Origin: Selaginella moellendorffii
Lineage: Eukaryota; Plantae; Lycopodiophyta
DNA: 64,000 bases
Direction of reading: 5' to 3'
Assembly (NCBI RefSeq): GCF_000143415.4
Contig: NW_003314270.1
Coordinates: 1,977,048-2,041,047, forward strand
The notes beneath the pieces are model-generated. The model made no database searches. It saw only the letters and a program-made list of their open reading frames with translations, and had not been told where the DNA came from. Made by a program: the position numbers and the translations under genes. Below, piece after piece: positions 1-13,577 of the stretch (the first letter of the stretch is position 1; every line of letters begins with the position of its first letter).

Positions 1-3000
1 CTTTCACTTGTAAGGTTAGTACAATCTAGGATTGAATCACTTTTCAAGGAAAAGCCAAAACTCAACCCTCTACTAAATAATCTTATCTAGAACATAACTA
101 ACTCAAACTTGCTACTCAGTTCGTTTAGATGTCAATATAGTTGCTAACTAGCAAATGCACGAATGCCAGTAACACAAAGCTATAACTAAATCATCAACAC
201 TATCTTCATCAAGACTAATGAAACTCAATATCAATCCTACAAAGAGATATCTCATTTCACTCGAATCTCAACATCAATAATGTCAACGACAAGGCATCAC
301 TTCAATACCATCAACACCATAACAAAACTAGAAGAAAGCACGAGTGAATCACCACTCAAAACTCCCTAGCAACTAAGCTAACCAAAGTCGAAGATACTTT
401 ACTCAGAATTTGAGACCAATCCTCCAACAATACTCAGTTATAGATAACACATCATCAAGGAGTGAATCACCACATCCAAGATTCAATGAAACCCAACATT
501 ATGGACTAAACGTAACCAAATGATATTAACAGAGGTAGAGTCAATATGCCAACATAGAAAACCTATATAAGTCTAATGACACGATCCTTCACAACACTAT
601 CCGGTAAAGCAAGCCCATCACTGCTAAATCATCATCAAGCAAAGCAAGTGTTAATAATTCTTGACAAAGTCTACAAGTAATCATTAGTCGCAAAGCAACT
701 AACAATCACTCCTCAACTTGCCTTCACAAGACCTAGACACCAACTATTGTCATCAAGTTATATACTTGTCCAACATGAACGTGATACCGTGGGTACAAGA
801 TAAAAGTTCATAGACAAGCACAAATTAAATGACCATTCGAATCCAACTCAACTGCAATAAGCTCACTAATGTGTTTAGCCAACAGCTCTTAGCATGCCTT
901 GAATAGGCTAGCTACGCATGATCAACACTTAGTCAAAACTAAGTGAAGACTATAAGATGGACTCATATTGGTACACAACCTCCTCATAGACAAAGCTATA
1001 GTATGGGTACCAACATCTTAACCTTAAATAATTAAGTTGGACAACACTATCCTCAACCAAGATGCAAAGCTACCAAGACCAAGTCAAGATCAGTGAGAGC
1101 TCACTACTCTCATATAGTCTAACAAAAGGCAAAGTGTAAATTGCCACCAAACATAATGCTATAGAAAGGCATAAGGGTCACCCTTCTTAGAAAAGCGTAA
1201 TGGCCATTTTTCTATACCAACTCCAGATTCTATCTAACTCAATTGCCTTAGCCCCAAAAGTCAGCATCCCTTTTGGGTTGCATCATACAAATTACTTATT
1301 AAAGTTTAAGCCAACCAAAGTCAACTCCAACCCTTTCACTAGTTTGTACTGGCTTACGAAAACAGAATGGTTTTCGAGCAAAGTGACCGACAAATCAGCC
1401 ATTGGAAAAGCCTAAGAAAATTTGTGGAAAATTTTCCATCCTAGAGAAAGAATGACTCTCAGTTCAGGAATGCAAACTTTCAAGACTCAACCAACTTTCT
1501 CCTACCAACAACTTCATATAGGTTCATCTCAACACAAATTCTCATAATCCAATAGTATGTCTAAGCATTGAACATCTTTACCCATTTTCAGATATCAACA
1601 CCGACATCTGCAAAATGCAAAATGAATATCCAAGGTTTGATCATGAAGATCCTATCTTCGGATATCCATATTGCACTAACACTCTTCTTCAATGACCTTC
1701 AAGATCCAATGTAAGCCAAAACACTAACAAGAAAAATGACATGGAAAATCAAGGTCTAAGGAGAATTCCTCATCACTCGAAATAACAATGCCACTTCCAC
1801 CAACACAAGTGTTAGTGATGTCAATGCCTTAACTACACACTGTCTCCATCTAACAATCTACTCTAAATGCTAACGGATCAACCAATAAGTCATAGCAAGT
1901 GAATGCCATAACCCTTTCGAACATTTTATGGGCAAACCCTTAAGAACAATGAACCAACTTAAGCTTAGCATAATGGACCATTAAGAATTTAGTCAAAGCT
2001 ACTTCAATGTTACTACTTGCAAGTAAACTAGCTTCACCATCAACCACTTTGGGGTTGATCATCGTTTGACCAAGCAACTTCGTAAATATATTGCTCACTA
2101 TCACATGGATATGATATAAAAATCACAATGACTTGATCATCAATTGAGTAACACCACAAGCAATGCCAATGTCATTACTTCAAAGGTTTATGTGAATATC
2201 AAGTGCTAACTCAATTCGATAAAATGCAACATAAATGCCACACTCCACTAATAGAGACTTACAACACCCAACACCACTAACTTTTGTTTATAACATGGGC
2301 AAGCTCATACCACTCTCTTGCCAACCAAACTCAAAATTAATCCAACACCAAGCTACTCAAGGAGCAATAGCAAGGTTCCTAGAAATGAATTGAGCATTGT
2401 AACCCAAGTCTTCTAATAGCAAGCTTAGACAGAATGGTTTAGCGCTTCACCGCTATCCATCTCACAACTCACCATTTGTAAGACTATCATCTCCAACATG
2501 CATCAAGGTAGGGACTCTTGATTGCATAATGTGAACATGAGCAATGAGTCACACTTCATTGCATATCTCTTCAAGAAGAGAAAATGATTTACGTGTTTGA
2601 TCCTTCGTTTCTGACAACTCTCTTTTCGGTCTTAACTTTGACTTAACCTCAAGCTTGCTTTCGCACTGCCTTCAGTCCAATCCAAGAAAATTTTATGAGA
2701 GAGCACGACAATAACTACTTGAACCAATAGACTAATCCCTATAGTCTTGATTGATTCACTTGTAATCATGCCTAGGAAGGATCCACTAGTGCTGTGCCAA
2801 ACAGCTACAGACCAGCATATTTGCCACTTATAGCAAATCTAGGGAAGGTTTACTTTTTACCCATGGTACATGGAACAACTCATGGAACCACTGATAGGCT
2901 AATATTAATTTTGCCAACTCAAAGTGCAACCTTGAGTTGCTAATGTGCCTCACTCATAAGCCCAAGTGCAAACTCGTGCAAACAGAGCATCTCAAATCCA

Positions 3001-4312
3001 CTTATGAGCCCAAGAGCAAGCTCACATTATTACAATACAAAAAGGTAACCAAATCCATACCCAAGGAACCAATGTGAAGTCTTTGCACCCAAACGTATAC
3101 CCACTCGGATCATCGTTTTGATCTCTACGTATGCAACGAAATTAATTGCCCAATCTCATTGGATAGTACTTGCCGAGACGTATCCTTTGATACCAAATGT
3201 AGCACACATGGTTTTTACCCTTTATCCTATAGTGATTTACCATAAGATAACACCACAAAGCGGAACCTAAACCCTCTATGTGCCACGTGTCACATGTGTC
3301 TATAGGACAGTGGTGTGGAACCCAAGGTTCAGGGCCTTGGGCCACTAAACGATGGAATGGTGCCAAACCCCCAAGCATGAAGCCAAGGAGTGATGGAACC
3401 GGACCACAGAGCAACTCTTGAGCATATAGCCTAAGGAGCAAAGGGATAGGAGCACGGAGTGATTTGGAACAGTCCTAGAGCAACCAGCATCCTAATGCCA
3501 AGACTAACACGCAAAATGGAGCCAAACAGAGTCTAATGCTATTTCAACATACTGGTGGCCTAGTGCGAAGACATGGGTACTCCACCAGCTAATATGGTGT
3601 GAAGTTTGGGTTTAAACCCAAGTTGGACGCAAAACAAGGACAGGCATGCAAGCCAAAGCTAGACTATGCCTCAGGTTGTCAGCCATGCCCAACCTACCCA
3701 CTTATCCCTATTATACATTTGGAACCCCCCCCCCCCCCCCCTCCCCTTGAGGAATACACGCTTTGGGCTTTCACCCCAAGCTTCCCTTAGTACCAGGAGT
3801 TAGTCTCTGGGACAAGCTCGAAACTTACTAAATATAGAATATCCCTAGATTGTGAATTTGGACATGGGACGAACACCATTGTGTTCAGGACAATTTCTAC
3901 ATTTCATAGATATGCCAAATGAGCAAATCTAGACACTAGTATTTGGGACCGAAATGAGACTAACACAAAGAGCATGATAGTGAGGGTATTTGGCAAACAC
4001 GGTCAGCTACATCCAGCGATATTGAGGGACTAATCTCAATACATGAGGGTTCTTGTCAAACCAGTGCAAGATAGAGTAAAAGAGAACTAAGAGCCAGGCC
4101 GAGTATGCTCAACTAGAAACACATAGGAGTTCCTACCTTATGTCCATCTAGCTAAGTACAGGTGCTAAGCCCAATTTACTAACACTTGAACAAGAGAGGC
4201 TGATAAAGGGAACCAGCAATACTGACCTCCTGCCATCGTGGCAGTAAGGAAGGAGTATTTGTAAGGACTGGCTGACAGGTAACTTTCGATACTCGAAGTC
4301 ACATTCATGACA
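1..4312 (-). mobile_element. Decayed LTR retrotransposon (family C): 5' LTR 3198-4312 plus internal region running off the window start
   Basis: 3198-4312 (TGTAGC...ATGACA) is similar along its length to 36416-37534. It is directly preceded by TGATACCAAA, which reads TGGTATCA (tRNA-iMet PBS) on the minus strand. It interrupts gag of Gypsy copy A1 at 4313. The internal region has no intact ORF. Confidence 0.7.
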
Positions 4313-7300
4313 ATGATGCTCGATGTTTGCATGAGTTCCCCATGTGTCTCCAAGGGATGGTGTTACAATGGTACAATGGTTTGAGTGTAGCCATTTGTGG
4401 GGATTAGAGTGTTCTCCCAAACATCTTCAAACGCACATTTGGACATGCCAACAATTGTGATGATGCCTTTTAACAATTGTATCATCTTCGTCAAGGGCCA
4501 TTTGAGTTGGTGATGCAATTTGGTGTTCATTTTCGAAGCCTCTTGCTTCATGCGAAGCCAAATATGTCAAAGCGGATCAAGCTAGGAATGTTATGGCCAG
4601 CACTTAGTTAAAATTTTGTCGGACTTGTGCATGCACTTGCTCTAGCCACCCTTGACGATGCTTTTCACTTGGCACAACATTATGAAACGTCACTTCTTCC
4701 ACTTCTCACTACAAATCCTTTAGCTCCACTTCCTGTGGGTGATGGTTTTGTTCTAATAGAGGTTGATGCTACTACTACTCGAGTTCAAGGACAAGGGTGA
4801 GGACGTGACTGTGGCCGTGATATTTGTTGCTAGGTGTGTGATGAAGTTGGTCATACTTATCGGCATTGTCAGTGTTGTCGGTGTTTTCTAGATTGGCAGC
4901 CACTATTTCCTAGGTGGAGACCTTGGCATCAACAATGTCCTATTATTGCTACTGCAGTGGAAGGTCTAAACACCAAGATACATTCGAGAAGCAAGGAGTC
5001 ACACGAGTAACACAGGAACCTTGCATGAATAAGTTAGTGACCCTTCCATCTTTCTTTTGGGAGTATCATCAAGGGGTTCATTCGGCACCAGTTCATCTAG
5101 TGTTTACTTTCTAACCTTGTTTTTATAACAAGTAGTCTCCTATTATTCTCTTCGTTTTAGTTTATACAATTATTTTCTATTGCTCAACCTATTGCCATAC
5201 TTTGCCATCTACATTTGCATCGTGCAGTGGAGCCAGTTTTCATTTTTTACAGCACCGGCCATACACATATGCACGAGATAAGGTGGACCTACTTGTGCAT
5301 GTGGGTGATCTTGAGCTTGTGTTGCAGTCATTGTGGGTGGTGCCAAGTTAGACTTTTGACCTCATCCTTGGTATGGATTGGTTGCAATGCAGTCATGCCA
5401 AGTGTGACTTTGAGGCTTCTCCCCCTTGTCTCATATTTCCTTATATTTCATCCATTCCTCTCACTTCCATACCTTTTCGTCCCTCTACTTTTACCTTTAC
5501 TTCAATTACTTTTATCCCCCCACTATTTCCTCCTATGTTTCTGTCTTGTTCCACTCTTCCCTTTTTTGATCCTTCCAATAGTCTTTGTGTTACAACAGTT
5601 GACTGTCTCATGAAGGAGTATTTCAATCTCTTTGAATTTGACTTATCATCTGAGGCCAAGATTGCCACATATCATCAGATTCCAACTAAGGATGCTCGTC
5701 CAATCAAGGTTCCTATTCGTTGTCGGTCATCCAAACAGATCAAGATTTATGTGCAAACGTCAAGAAGATGTTGAAAAAAGGTGTTATTCAAAATTCAAAG
5801 AGTCCTTGGGCATGTGAACCTCATCTTGTGACGAAGTCTAATGGAAGTATTCATTTCTGCATCGACTATCATTTGTTAAACGAAGTGACGATCCCAAATA
5901 TGTACCCTCTTCCTCACATTGCTAATCTCTTGGATTGTTTGGAGAGAAGTCGTTGGTTCACCAATTACTTCTAGGTAGTGGCAAGTACTAATGGCCGAAG
6001 AAAATATTCTTAAGACTACTTTTTGTACACCATTTGGTTGTAAGAGTTTTTGGTAATGCCCTTTAGTTTGAACAATGCTCTAACAACTTTCCAGCGGATG
6101 ATGGACGAGGTTCTTTGCGATATGTTAAAGGTGACTACTGACTTCATTGATGATGTCTTGATCCACTCGGAGGGGACGTGGGAGGAGCACGTCTATGATG
6201 TTTGTAAAGTGTTGGATTAGCAACGGAACGTTGGTTTAAAGCTGAAGTGGTCAAAGTGTGTGTTTGGGTCAAAAGACATGCTTTATTTTGGGTACCGTAT
6301 TTCTCGTAAGGGTTTGTAAATTGATTCTAACAAACTTGTGGTTGTTTTAAAGTTCCTTACTCCAAAGTGTGTGAATGATGTGTAGCGCTTCCTGGGCAAA
6401 GTGCAGTATCTCGGTTGTTTTATAGATCATTTTTCTGATTGCACTACACTATTGCAAGCGTTGATGAAGTCATCAACGTCATCCTTCATCTGGTCTTTAG
6501 ATTGTGAGTGGGCGTTTATGGATCTCAAAGAGATATTCACGACTCCTCCTATTTTGGCATATCTTGACTACACTCAACCTTTTATTTTGCGTGTAAATGC
6601 TTTTCATATTGGTCTTGGAGGTGTGTTGATGCAAGAGAGCTTAAGTGTGCTTGGTCAGTGCCATTTCATTGCATATATAAGCTGTACATTACAACTAATG
6701 GAGGTGAACTACTTCTCGACAAAAAAGGAGTGTTTAGCAGTAGTTTGGGGTTTCGAGAAACTTCATGCATATCTATATGGTTTTCAAAACTTCCACCACC
6801 GCTATCCTTCTCGTCCCAGTCCTCATTCTTTTTCTCCATCTCCCGTCCCTCGCCGCCCATCTCATCCTCCTCCTCATTCTCATTCACGTCCTCATTCCAC
6901 TCATTCTTGAGGAGGGGGTGCTGTCAAGAATCCCCCAATTCTTGCCACATTCCTGACTCTCGCCGGATTCCTGACCTGCAGACCACATTCCTGACTCTCG
7001 AGACACTTCCCTATTCCTGACTCTCGATTTCCTATACGATTCTTGAGTCTTGAGCCACATTCCTGATGATGATGTGGCGCCTCCTCAACCTCAACTATAT
7101 TTGGGCCGTCCTCGATCCAAGAGTGGTGGAGCTTCATCAACCTATAGTATATATAGGTTAGCCTTGTTCCATTTCTCCACAATCTGAATCAACACTAGTC
7201 TAAGGCCTCTTCTTCGTTATTCACTAGCTTTTCTTTTTGTCTTTTGCATTTTCCAGTCTTGATCTTGTTGGGGGTCTTGACAGTTTGATTCAGATTGTGT

Positions 7301-7381
7301 TTTTTCGTTTTTTGCTTTAGCTCGTTTTGATTGTTTGACTGCCTTTGCCTTTTTTCCCCCTTTCTTCTTTCTTCTTTTCCA

Positions 7382-8338
7382 ATGGAGTCTCCAAGCCATC
7401 CTGATTTCTTTGCCGAAGTCCTTGCAAAAATCCAGTATGAGAATACCGAGCTGAAGGCAACCCTTCTTCACATGCAGCAGGAGCTTGCTTCACTTTTGGC
7501 TCAAGGATCCAGCAAAGTTCCTGAACTGAAGGTGAGTTTCCTGGCAAAATTTTCAGGAAAGCGTTCGGAGCTTCGTGGATTCCTGAACCAGATGGAGCTG
7601 ATCTTCGCACTTCAACATCGGCGGTACCCCACTCCCGAGTCTCAAATCAATGCGATTGGGACAGCTTTGTCATGGTTTTCTCCTCTCCTGGAGAAGAGCA
7701 TGAAAAGGGTCGTGGTTCTAGAGTTGATGGATCTTCAATTGTTCAAAGAGAAGCTCGAAGCATGTTTTGGCGAGACGGATCGGGTTCGGGCTGCCACCAC
7801 AAAGATGAGACGTCTCTCTCAAGGGTCTCGTCCTGCCTCGATTTATGCTGCAGAGTTCCAACTTCTTGCCTTGGACACTCAGTGGGATGAGCGGGCTCTG
7901 ATTGATCAATTTCCTTTTGGCCTCAACAACGGTGTCAAGGATTTGTTGCTCACTATGGAGGATCCCACGGACTTGTCGGACGCCATCAACAAAGCTATTC
8001 GATGCGACAATCGTCTCTTTGAACGTCGTCAAGAAAGTCACTGCACCGCCGTTTTCCCGTCCCAGACTCAGGAATCCCAGCTTGAGTCTTCAGGGCATAC
8101 TCCTGAACCTACTGCTCCGGTCCCAATGGATATTTTTGGTACTCCCCGACTCATCAGAGGGAAGTTGAGTCCTGTTGAGAAGCAACGTCGAATATCTCAT
8201 AATCTTTGCCTCTACTGTGCTGATCCTAATCACAAAGAAGCTGTGTGTCCTAAGAAGCCTCCCCGACTGCTCAAGTTCACTCTGCCTCAAAGTCCACCTC
8301 TATTACAGTCGGGAAACGACCCTATCCAAACAGAGTAG
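7382..8338 (+). CDS. gag: Gag of element B1 (retrotransposon gag domain plus zinc knuckle)
   Basis: Open frame from MESPSHPDF containing KFSGKRSELRGFL, QGSRPASIYAAEF and CLYCADPNHKEAVC. Confidence 0.85.
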   Translation: MESPSHPDFFAEVLAKIQYENTELKATLLHMQQELASLLAQGSSKVPELKVSFLAKFSGKRSELRGFLNQMELIFALQHRRYPTPESQINAIGTALSWFSPLLEKSMKRVVVLELMDLQLFKEKLEACFGETDRVRAATTKMRRLSQGSRPASIYAAEFQLLALDTQWDERALIDQFPFGLNNGVKDLLLTMEDPTDLSDAINKAIRCDNRLFERRQESHCTAVFPSQTQESQLESSGHTPEPTAPVPMDIFGTPRLIRGKLSPVEKQRRISHNLCLYCADPNHKEAVCPKKPPRLLKFTLPQSPPLLQSGNDPIQTE

Positions 8339-11283
8339 GAGCTGTCTATTTGGACTCCCCGAATAAAAATCACTTTTCTTCAAGCTCCTCACCACCTTTC
8401 ATCAAAGCCACCACCAATTCCCGCAACTTCCGCGTCCCATGTCTCCTCTCTTTCACCGGACAATCAGGACTCAAGGCTCTGGCGCTACTGGACTTGGGTG
8501 CAACTTCCTGCTTCATGGACACGGACTTTGCTGCCCGACATCACGTTCCTCTTTCTCCTACCATACGGGATCTAAGGGTTGAAGGCATCGGTGGGCATTT
8601 TGTGTCTCCTTCTTCTGGACTTAGGGAAACGTTGCATGTTCGAGTACACATTAGGTCCACCGTCACCGATATTGCCTTCAACATCATCAACAGCAAATCC
8701 TCCTCTGTGGTGCTTGGCCTCCCTTGGTTCCAACTACATCAACCTCATATCTGTTGGAAGGAATTACAGCTTGTCTCTCCCACATCACCATCTCCCACGG
8801 CTTCCCCTACTGTTCATTGAGTCCAAATCAGGAAAAGTTCCCTAAACTCAAATCAGGGTTCTATTCCTGACTCTAAGAAGTTTTCACCTTCTTCTTTTTC
8901 CTCTCTTCCATCTTACACTGGACAGTATCCTTGTCTCATCATTCCATTTAGTCGTACACCTCCTCCTATCTCCACAATCACTATGAAAGAACTTCTTCAT
9001 GAAGAACCTATTTTCCTTTTTGCTTTGCATGTTTCTCCTGTCAGTCTTCCTGAGAAGTATCATGATTTTGGGGATGTGTTTGACAAAAAAAAAGCTAGTG
9101 TACTGCCTATTCATCGGCCTTATGACTGTCCCATTGATTTACATGAAGGAGTGTTAACTCCGTGGGGGCCTATCTACGGGTTATCCCCATCCGAGCTTCA
9201 GGCCCTCAAAGAATACGTGGATGAGAACCTTGCCTCGGGGTACATTCAGCATGAGCGCATGTCTTCTTTGTCAAGAAGAAGGATGGGAGTTTGCAGCTAG
9301 TCATCAACTACCGAGGTTTGAACAAGGTGACTGTTCGGAACCGTTATCCGCTGCCCTTGATCTCGGACCTGTTGGAACGCCTCGGCGGTGCCCACTTCTT
9401 CACTAAGATCAACCTCCATGGAGCATACAACTTGATCCGGATCTGGCCTGGTGATGAATGGAAGACTGCATTTCGAACCCGCTATGGCCACTTCGAGTAC
9501 ACTGTCATGCCATTTGGCTTGACAAATGCTCCAACAGTTTTCCAACACATGACAAACAACGTCTTTCGGGAGTTTCTTGATTAGATGGTGATCATCTATC
9601 TCAATGACATCCTCATCTACTCAAAAACTCAAGAGGAGCACGACGAGCATGTGCGCAAGGTGCTGGCAAAGCTGCAGGAATACGGCTTATATGCGAAGCT
9701 TGAGAAATGTTCCTTCGATCAGGAGTCTGTGGAGTTCCTTGGGTACATTGTCACTCTTGAGGGTATCATGATGGATCCTGCCAAAGTCAAGACTATTCTC
9801 AAATGGGAGCCTCCACAATCAATGTCAGACGTTCAGGTTTTCCTTGGCTTCGCCAACTTCTACCACAAATTCATTGATCACTACTCTGACATTGTCCTTC
9901 TTCTCACACATGTCACTCGCAAGGATGTTCCCTTCTCTTGGTCTGCTGCTGCCCAGCAAGCCTTCGACACACTCAAAGCGGCCTTCAGTTCTGCTCCTGT
10001 CTTGATCCATGCTGATCCCTCACAACCTTTCTTCATCGAGTCCCTTCATCGAGTCCCTTCATCGAGTCCCTTCATCGAGTCCTTTCTTCATCGAGTCCCT
10101 TCATCGAGTCCCTTCAAGTCCTTGGGAATCCATCTCCATGGATTTCTTGAGTGATCTTCCAAGTTCTGGAGGCTTCAACAACATTTTAGTCGTGGTGGAT
10201 TGCTTCACAAAGATGGCGCACTTCCTACCGTGTACCAAGGAGTTTTCGGGCGAGGACATGGCAAAACTGGTATTCAGGGAAATTTTCTGACTTCATGGGA
10301 TTCTTGCAGATGTGGTTTCGGATCGAGGACCTCAGTTTATCTCTCATTTTTGGCAACGGTTTCTGCAACTGCTTGGAGTGAAGGCCAACCTCTCTTCGGC
10401 GTATCATCCTCAAACTGATAAACAGTCCGAGTGAACGATTCAGACGTTGGAACAATTCCTGAGGTGCTTCATCAACTATCATCAGGATGACTAGTTCAAT
10501 ATCCTTCCCCTTGCTGAGTTCTCCTATAACAACTCTGTTCACTCCTCTCTTCGAGTTGCCCCCTTCTTTGCGAACTCTGGCCAAAATCCCCGATTCAATC
10601 TCTCACTTCCTTCTCCATCTGAATCCTCTCATTCTAATCCCCGCTCTGAGACATTTGTCTCCAACCTCTAGGAAATCCACAACTCCATCTCCTTCCACCT
10701 CCATCGTGCTCAGGAATCTCACAAAACATTTGCCAATGTCTATCGTCAGGATTGTCCACCTTACAATATCAGAGATAAAGTCTGGCTCCTCAAGCAAAAT
10801 ATCTCCACCACCAGGCCATGTCCTAAACTCGATTTCAAATGCCTCGGTCCTTTCCCTATCACTGCTATCATTAATCCTGTCACTTATCGCCTTGCACTTC
10901 CCTCCTCATATCAAATTCACCTTGTTTTTCACTCCTCTCTCCTTGAGCTTTATGTTCCCAGTCCTATTCTAAATCGGGTCATTCCTCCGCCTCCACCTGT
11001 GCAGCTCAAGGATGGGTCTGAATATGAGGTTTAGGACATCCTTGATTCCAAGATCTCACGGTCTAAACTCTACTATCTGGTCGACTGGAAGGGTTATGGA
11101 CTTGAAGAACGCACTTGGGAACCTGCGGACAACCTGATTCATTCTTCTGACCTTGTTCAGGACTTCCACCACCGCTATCCTTCTCGTCCCAGTCCTCATT
11201 CTTTTTCTCCATCTCCCGTCCCTCGCCGCCCATCTCATCCTCCTCCTCATTCTCATTCACGTCCTCATTCCACTCATTCTTGA
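8311..11283 (+). pseudogene. pol: Disrupted pol of B1 (PR-RT-partial RNaseH/IN-chromodomain)
   Basis: Fragments 8350-8820, 8983-9300, 9291-9584, 9585-10154 and onward match B2 pol. YLND replaces YLDD, with stops and a deletion of about 0.9 kb. Confidence 0.9.
10031..10111 (+). repeat. Six tandem copies of the 13-mer CTTCATCGAGTCC
   Basis: Read directly; one TTT interruption at 10083-10085. Confidence 0.95.
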
Positions 11284-12644
11284 GGAGGGGGTGCTGTCAA
11301 GAATCCCCCAATTCTTGCCACATTCCTGACTCTCGCCGGATTCCTGACCTGCAAACCACATTCCTGACTCTCGATTTCCTATACGATTCTTGAGTCTTGA
11401 GCCACATTCCTGATGATGATGTGGCGCCTCCTCAACCTCAACTATATTTGGGCCGTCCTCGATCCAAGAGTGGTGGAGCTTCATCAACCTATAGTATATT
11501 TAGGTTAGCCTTGTTCCATTTCTCCACAATCTGAATCAACACTAGTCTAAGGCCTCTTCTTCGTTATTCACTAGCTTTTCTCTTTGTCTTTTGCATTTTC
11601 CAGTCTTGATCTTGTTGGGGGTCTTGACAGAGGCATTTTATGTTTTGACGTCTCAAATGGGGGTACACCACACTTTCACAAGTGCTTATCATCCACAGTC
11701 AAATAGTTTGGTGGAATGGCTCGTTCGGACATTCAAAGGAATGATCGTGAAGTATGTGAACTTTCAACATTCGGATTGAAATAGTTATTTGCCATCTATT
11801 TAGTATGCATATGTCACAGGGGTGTAAAGTTATATTGATGCTTCACCATATAAACTCTTATATAGTCATGATCCAATATTACTAACGGAGTTGGGTTTAC
11901 CTTCGCAATTGGCATGAGCTGCCAATGCTAAGTCGTGGGATCAATATTTGACGAGCATTCTTCCAATTATCTGAGTAAAGTCTACCAAACACTTAGGCCA
12001 CGTACAAGTGGGATAACAATAATGCTACAACTCCCCTCATCATCCATCTGTGGAGTACAAAGTGGATGACTTGATGTTAGTCCATTTTCCCCATCTTACG
12101 GTACGTGGTTTATCTAAAAGGCTCCTTGCTCAGTGGAAAGGACCATATCGGGTGTTATGGCAAGTTGAACCACAAGTTTATGAGGTTCAGCATGATGTGC
12201 AGCAGGCCAATCCTCCATAAATTATGCATGTGCAGTAGTTGAAACAATTCGTACAAAGGGATCAAGAATAGTTGATACCACATATAGATTTACTAATGCC
12301 TCCTCTTGATGTTCCTCCAGATCTTGGCCCATCTACAAGAGAATCTTAATAGTCTTCTATTATTCTAAAAGAAGGGGATGATATGGAGTTTAAGTGTACA
12401 GTTATAATGCCGTATACTAATACTAGTAGAGTGGGATTTTGGTAGCCATCGGATTAGTTTCAATCCGGACCACTTCCTTCTGTATATAAACTAGGGTTTT
12501 TGGGCTAATTGATATGCACATTTTTTGCATTCCCTTTCCATATTCCATGCACTCACATATTGTAGTTTGCTTATCTACTACAGATTTTTCTTGAGATCTT
12601 TTAAATTTTCTCGCAGAAATCACCTCCATTGCTCCCAATGTGGA

Positions 12645-12980
12645 ACACCGCTGCTTTAGGGAAAGGGCAAGAGAGTGATGTGCTCGAGAAAATGGCTAGT
12701 GAAGCTGCGGCTCCTGGATCTCCCAGGCAGAGATCTCCCACTCAGAGATCTCCCGCTCAATCACCATAGCAATCCCCACAGGAACAGGTGCCAGCAGTAG
12801 ATTTGGAGCTTGATAGGATGCCTTTCTACAGTCTCGCCACAGTTGCTTTCAGCATGGAGGATCTCCACCGCTACTTTAGGGAAAGGGCATAACCCTAGAA
12901 AAGAGTGAGTAAATGGCTAGTGAAACTGTAGCTCCCAATCCCCATAGGAACAAGAGCCAGCAGCAGATTTGGAGCCACAA
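12645..12980 (+). repeat. Imperfect tandem duplication (~170-220-bp period) in a decayed coding-like tract
   Basis: CACCGCTGCTTTAGGGAAAGGGCA, AAATGGCTAGTGAA and AATCCCCACAGGAACA...GATTTGGAGC each occur twice. Confidence 0.7.
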
Positions 12981-13577
12981 GCTCTAGATCCACAGCAAGA
13001 TGTGAGTGCTCCTCCCGAGCCCCCAGTAGCAATAGTGGTGCCTCCACCAGCGACAACAAAGGTGAGTGCTGGAGAGGAGCCAGAAGATGCCACTTAGCCT
13101 CTCATACATTTTTCTTCTTTGTAATGATGTATTGATGATGTATTGATCAGGCAATTACAGCAATCTATCATAATAAGGAGGGAGTGCCGCACTTTTTGGG
13201 CTGCCAAATCCAGCCAATTGATGGGGGATAATTGTAAAAGGGTTATTTCTTTACCATGTCTTAGCAAATAATTGTGCTGATGTTTGCTCTCGGCCAATGG
13301 AGGCAGGCAAGCTGCATGGGGCGGGATAGGAAGGCACAACATGTGTTGCATGCAATGTGTTGATCATGAATGTAGTCTGTCAAGCAAATTAATTTTGTTT
13401 TGTAATGTTTTTCTAGGGTTTATGAAATGGTGACAAAGCCCCCTATTGCTACTGCTGATTCGCAATCCAAATCTGAGGCACTGTGTCAATGTAGCTAGAA
13501 CGAACCATATCCTGGTACAGTTTGTGTCAAGATCTAATCTATTTGTCCATGCCTTCTTTTAGCATTGTTTTAGTTCC

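Larger units (their letters stand above)
6922..11629 (+). mobile_element. Chromovirus (Tcn1/Tf1-like Gypsy) family B, copy B1, with an internal RNaseH-integrase deletion
   Basis: LTRs 6922-7282 and 11295-11629 (TGTCA...TGACA), PPT GAGGAGGGGGTGC, gag, protease (LLDLGAT), RT, integrase core and chromodomain remnant. Confidence 0.95.
4313..12557 (+). mobile_element. Gypsy LTR retrotransposon family A, copy A1 (5'-truncated, decayed, interrupted by element B1)
   Basis: Gag/protease/RT/RNaseH fragments at 4313-6787 and integrase at 11630-12350 are collinear with A2 and A3. PPT AAAAGAAGGGGATGA precedes the 3' LTR at 12382-12557. Many premature stops. Confidence 0.9.

Noticed and set aside
2520-2770. 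Ulp1/C48 protease-like motif (SHFIAYLF...IYVFDP) antisense in the family C interior
   Set aside because: It needs a frameshift and stop read-through, and is too decayed to support without a search.
8336-8344. Stop-codon read-through at the gag TAG of family B
   Set aside because: Pol is in the -1 frame relative to gag, so a slippery-site frameshift explains the junction better.
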